Shown here one piece after another: positions 59,551-64,000 of a stretch of 64,000 nucleotides of DNA (the stretch's first letter is position 1; each line of letters starts with the position of its first letter). Where the stretch lies: assembly GCA_036867785.1 (NCBI GenBank), contig CP145421.1, positions 186,001 to 250,000 on the forward strand, written 5' to 3'. The position numbers and the translations under genes are program-made. Under the pieces are notes generated by a model, which was given only the letters and a program-made list of their open reading frames with translations, did not search any database and was not told the DNA's origin. The stretch comes from Plasmodiophora brassicae (lineage: Eukaryota).

Positions 59551-59955
59551 CGCCAATGTTGTACAACGACCGACCCCGCGTCCCGGCTCACGTTCCACAA
59601 CTCACGTCGAATGAATGATGATCGATTTTTTGGACGGTGGCGGGCCGGGCCGGCCGGACCTCAACCACCCCACCATCAAGGTCGCTTCGCCCACAAGGCA
59701 ATGAGGACGTACTAACAACGTCAACACGGGTTCCCATTGCTTGTCACCCAGATCTGAAACAAGGGGGATGGCGCCCCTTCTCGGGCGTGTACGTACACGT
59801 CATCGGAGACTACAACTACCAGACGCCTAAGGGTGCAGGAGAGCATTCCGATTTCGCATTGCGTCGAACCCGCCATTCTGATGCCGCCGATTGAAAGGAA
59901 ACCATATCGGACAAAGACGCTGTGCAGATATACAAATAGGCGTACATTCGGGAGG

Positions 59956-62032
59956 TCACAGATCGATGGATTTGAAGTCCGGGTGGAACAGGTCGCCGGT
60001 CGGGTCGTTGGACTGTGCCTCGCTCCAGCCCAGCGTGGCAGAATCGGCGACGTCGAGTTCGGCGCGATGCGGCCGATGCCGCCAGCAGGCGGACACGATG
60101 AACGCGCCGGCGCCGGCAATCGAAACGATCAGGACGATGATCGTGCCGACGTTACGACTGAACGTGTTGTTGTTGGCAGGGTCGGGTTTGGACGATTGCA
60201 CCGCCGACTCTGGAACGTGGGCGGTCGAACTGGAACGCCCGTTCTCTGCATTTCTTTCCCACTGGTTGTCCAAGGCCGGGCTGGGCGTGCCCTGGTTAGC
60301 ACTGTTCGCTTCGCGTGCATTCGCCGCCTCTGGCTCACTTTGACGTCTGATGTCATTGCCAGGGACATGTCCCAGGTTGGCCTCATCTGTCTCTGCTTCC
60401 GCCTGCATCAGGTGCGGATCATCGAACGAGATCGGGAGGTCAGGACCGCCCTCAGTCCCTGACACGGGTGTGGAATTCTGTTGAACAGGCACTGGCGAAT
60501 CACCACCATCTACATAGTCGTCAATAGGCGAATCCAGAATAAAAGGGTCCGTCCCGGCAATGTCATCAATGTCGATGTCGCCTTCAACAGGTGATGATGC
60601 TGCTGTGCCAGCACCTCCATCTGCAACAACGGTTTCGCGGGTGTCGTTCGGCGCGATAACGACATCTGAGCCAGCAGGCAGTTGTTCACGTTGCGCGCCT
60701 CCCTGATCAGATTCAACTGCGTCTTTGTTGGCAGCCTCCTGTGTTGCATCGCCGCGTGCACGAGAGCCCGGCGACGGTAACGATTCGATTTGAGCATCAG
60801 ACGTCGACGCAAGTTCGGTATCAGATGTGGGCAATGGCGAAGCAGCATCGACGCCAGATGTGGACGGCGATGCAGCGTCAATGCCAGCGCTATTCGGCTC
60901 GTCGACAGGAACACACGTGATCGAACCGACACCAGCTGTCGTATAGCCATGCGGGCACGGCGTACAGTTTGGACCGAAACCGAGGGTGATGGCATTCACA
61001 GACCCAACAGGACAGGGGACGCAATCGTCAACCGGAGGCGTCACAATCGCGAGACGTATCCCAGCCCAGGCCGCCGGTTTGGGTGGAACGCAGGTGATCG
61101 CGGATGATTCCACGTTGATGATCGCAGCAACACGGGAACTGTCGCTGAGCGCTCGACGTCGCAGCCATTGGTCAAGTGCCGCCATGGGTACTTCAAGCAC
61201 CCCGGCGCCTGAAAGGCTCCTAGAAGCACCATCTCTTAATTTCGGGGTTCAACACCAGTGTCTCGGATGCGCATACAGCCAGTCAAGGTTAGGCAGTGAT
61301 GCCAGTGATTGTTCTCCCAGCGTGAAAGGCGCGTGCGCCTTTCTGTAATACAGGAACCCATGTCGGAGGCTGCCTGTGAACAAAGGGCGATGCCCGACTT
61401 ACATGTCCAGACCAGCTGCCTGGGATGTGAAACCGGGCAATGACGAGAAGGCCGGCCGTGACAGGTCACTAGTCGCACTAATGAGCTGAAGTAACACCTG
61501 GCATGGTCTCAAACGTACATGTTCAGCAAATCAGGCAACGACGCGAACGCGTCTTCGTCAATTTCTGGGCTTTGAATCAACCTGGCTCCACGTAATTCAG
61601 CAGGGTTCCCGCAAGGCGCTTTTACTGCCTACGTGACACCGCCCAGGTTGGGAGTATCCTTGAAACAGTCGGCCGTGATCCGGTTTGTATCCTCAGCATG
61701 CCAGTGAACCGTGCTTCATACGCCCGTGCTCAGACCAAGCAATCCAACTGCAATACCCGGCGACGTTACAGATCAGCAGCAGTACTGCACCCGGATAGCC
61801 ACTCCCACGACATCTGTTTCACGTTGCATAATCTACAAGCCGAGCGTGAGCACACACACGCCATCGCGTCGCGTCTCCCGCAGCGAACCGACATATCAAC
61901 GAGCCCATTCGCATCGGCCGTGCACGAGCACTCTGGCACATCGGTCCGGCACGCCCTGCAGTCATCGGCGGCAGCATCGACCGCCAGCCGCGCCGCGAGC
62001 ACGCATACCGCTGCCACCAGGACGCGCCCCAT
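59956..62032 (-). CDS. Type I membrane protein: signal peptide, Cys-rich cap, LRR-like exons, CxxCPxG repeats, acidic Ser/Pro stalk, TM helix, short tail
   Basis: MGRVLVAAVCVLAA signal; AFASLPDL-type LRR pieces; CVPCPVGS/CTPCPHGY; TM IIVLIVSIAGAGAFIVSACW. Middle exon boundaries are uncertain. Confidence 0.7.
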
Positions 62033-62542
62033 GATCCCAAGTCGACCAAATACTAATGGCCCTCATGTAACCCACCACGAGGTGACCCCCGTCCCAGATC
62101 GATCATATCCGGCAAAATTGGCGTCGTAGTTTGCAAAACAGAATCGGCGGCCCGCCCAGTCCCACTGTCGCACCCGTCGAGATCATGGACAGTGCCGCCT
62201 GCAGACAAGGCGCGTGCGGCGACATGTTACCTACCTACCTCTCCGCACTCGACAGAGCGTTACTTACTCTCACCCACACAGTACTGCTCTGTGCACCGAA
62301 TGGGCTCGATGAGGACCAGGCCACGCGCTCGAGTGGATTCCGCCACGGGCGATTCTCTCTCTCTCTCTGCTGCGTTGTCCGTGCGGCCAGACTGCCGCGC
62401 GCGTCGCCCGTCGGCGTGCGTGCGTGCTAAATCAGCATCGGTAGGGCGGCGGCTTCTATTTTCGGGTAGCGGGGGGCCTTGCCCTCGCTTGCCGCTGTCA
62501 GCCAATTGGCCATTGTCAGTTCGTTCGGGTTCCAGAGGGGCG

Positions 62543-64000
62543 ATGCACGACCTCCTCGCCCTGCTCGGGGCGCTCCAGTCGCCGTCGGCGCCCGACCGGC
62601 AGGCCGCCGAGCGCCGCCTGCAGAGCGCCGCGCAATCGCCCGATCTCCTCGTCGCCCTCGTGGTATTCGCATCACCTTCGACACACAAATGTGCTTGCTC
62701 TAATTCGTTCTACGATTCCCAGGGCGTTGTCGCGAACGCTGGCAACGCATACGACCATCGCCTGCTGGCCGTTGTCCTGTTCAAGAATTACGTGACGCCC
62801 CTGTGGCCGTCTGTCCCTCCTGCCCTGAAGGATTCCTTACGAAGGCGTATGCTGTGTTCGTGTATTCGTACCAGGGCCTTATGCTGACGCGAGCGCGACG
62901 ATGCAGAATTGCTGTCCATGTGCCTGGACAGCTCGGCGGCTGGGCGCCTGCATTCCCAGCTGATGGTCATCGTCGCCGACCTCGTCGCTGCTGAATGGTC
63001 GTCGTGTCGCGACGGCACCCTGCTAACCGCCGTTCTCAACACGCTGAGGGCACGGGCGCATCGGGCCGTTGGCATCGACATCCTACACCAGATCTGCCGG
63101 TCGTCTGTGGACAACCCGAACGGAAAGCGCTGGTTCCCAGGCTTTGCTGGTCAGCGGGATCGCAAACCACTCGTTTCGTATCGTTGATGTTGAATAATCG
63201 TTCAGGTGCCGTTGCAGTGCCCGTTTGGGGGGTGTTCCAAACAAGCATCGGCGAGGGAGGACTATCTCCCGAGTCCATGCATGCCTTGGCGGCCAGCACG
63301 CGTCTAGTCATCGCCGAAGTCGATCTTCAGGTACCGGTTCCTGTGGCCCCGCCGGAATATTCTACGTGTCTTACCCGAATGCTGACAGGAACTTGGCGGG
63401 AGCGTCGCGGTGCTGACCTATTTGAGGGACCTGCTGGCATCACTGGTGTCCGGCAATGAATGGTCGCTGTCCCAGTTCCTTGTTGAAATCGTCGGAATGC
63501 TCAACGACGCCACCGTGCGGCGGCCGCTGGTCGACATCGAACCGTTCGCCGTCCCTGTACTGGAGATAATCATCGCCGGCCTGTCCGCCTGCCCAGACGA
63601 CGTTCTTCTCGTCGGCTCGGCCCCGTTTATCACGTGGTCGCTCGCCGGTTCCCGGCAGCTGTGCCTGTCGTTCAACCTTCGCTCTGCAATCAAATGCGAT
63701 CCAGAGCTGGCGCAGGTAACCCGATTCGCATCGTCATCGTTGCCCCCATGGAGCTTAGGAACTCCCATAGGCGTTCATTGCACGGCGGGACCAGTTCTTC
63801 ACGTTCCCTCGCTGTCTGTCGTTCGTGCAGAGCCTCCTGGAGCGATACGTCATGCACAGGCGCGACGAGATCGAATGCTGGGGCGAATCGACGATGTCGC
63901 AAGCGTCCCCACATCGCACCGCCGTCGAATCCATTCTCAGGGCGCTGTCCCGCTGCTACCCGTCCATGGTTCGCGAGGTCACCCACCAAATCCTGCACGG
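62543..64000 (+). CDS. Importin-beta family (IBN_N domain) HEAT protein, runs off the right edge
   Basis: LLGALQSPSAPDRQAAERRLQ...RLLAVVLFKNYV..LW...KDSLR and IVADLVAAEW motifs; many short introns. Confidence 0.75.

Overview
Gene-dense, GC-rich eukaryotic genomic DNA with many short (about 50-75 nt) GT-AG introns. Flagellar-related genes (DNAAF5/HEATR2-like, TTLL1), the compact gene structure and the secreted-protein repertoire suggest a phytomyxid such as Plasmodiophora brassicae; this is inference, not verified. About 30 protein-coding genes can be supported, including EXO5, AIDA, DNAAF5, a Sel1-repeat protein, DUF229, threonine dehydrogenase, CDC7, TDP1, SMG9, CCT4, an EF-hand Na/Ca exchanger, PCO/ADO dioxygenase, a FANCD2-like protein, a class-V PLP enzyme, TTLL1, a Sec7-PH-FYVE ArfGEF, malate synthase and an importin-beta-like protein. 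There are also two tRNAs and a cluster of secreted/surface proteins. The most notable observations are: (1) both transposon-relic loci (Copia pol plus a gag-like piece; Harbinger transposase) contain fragments folded into inverted repeats, which suggests hairpin-RNA/siRNA source loci; (2) an intron-containing gene of a bacterial DUF6580/ECF S-component-like transporter family; (3) two signal-peptide + kinase + C-terminal TM proteins with a predicted luminal/extracellular kinase domain; (4) a recurring GAGCTGCA / GCAGTCG motif pair in 5' flanks. Family calls come from motif recognition by eye, exon boundaries were inferred manually, and CDS coordinates span introns.
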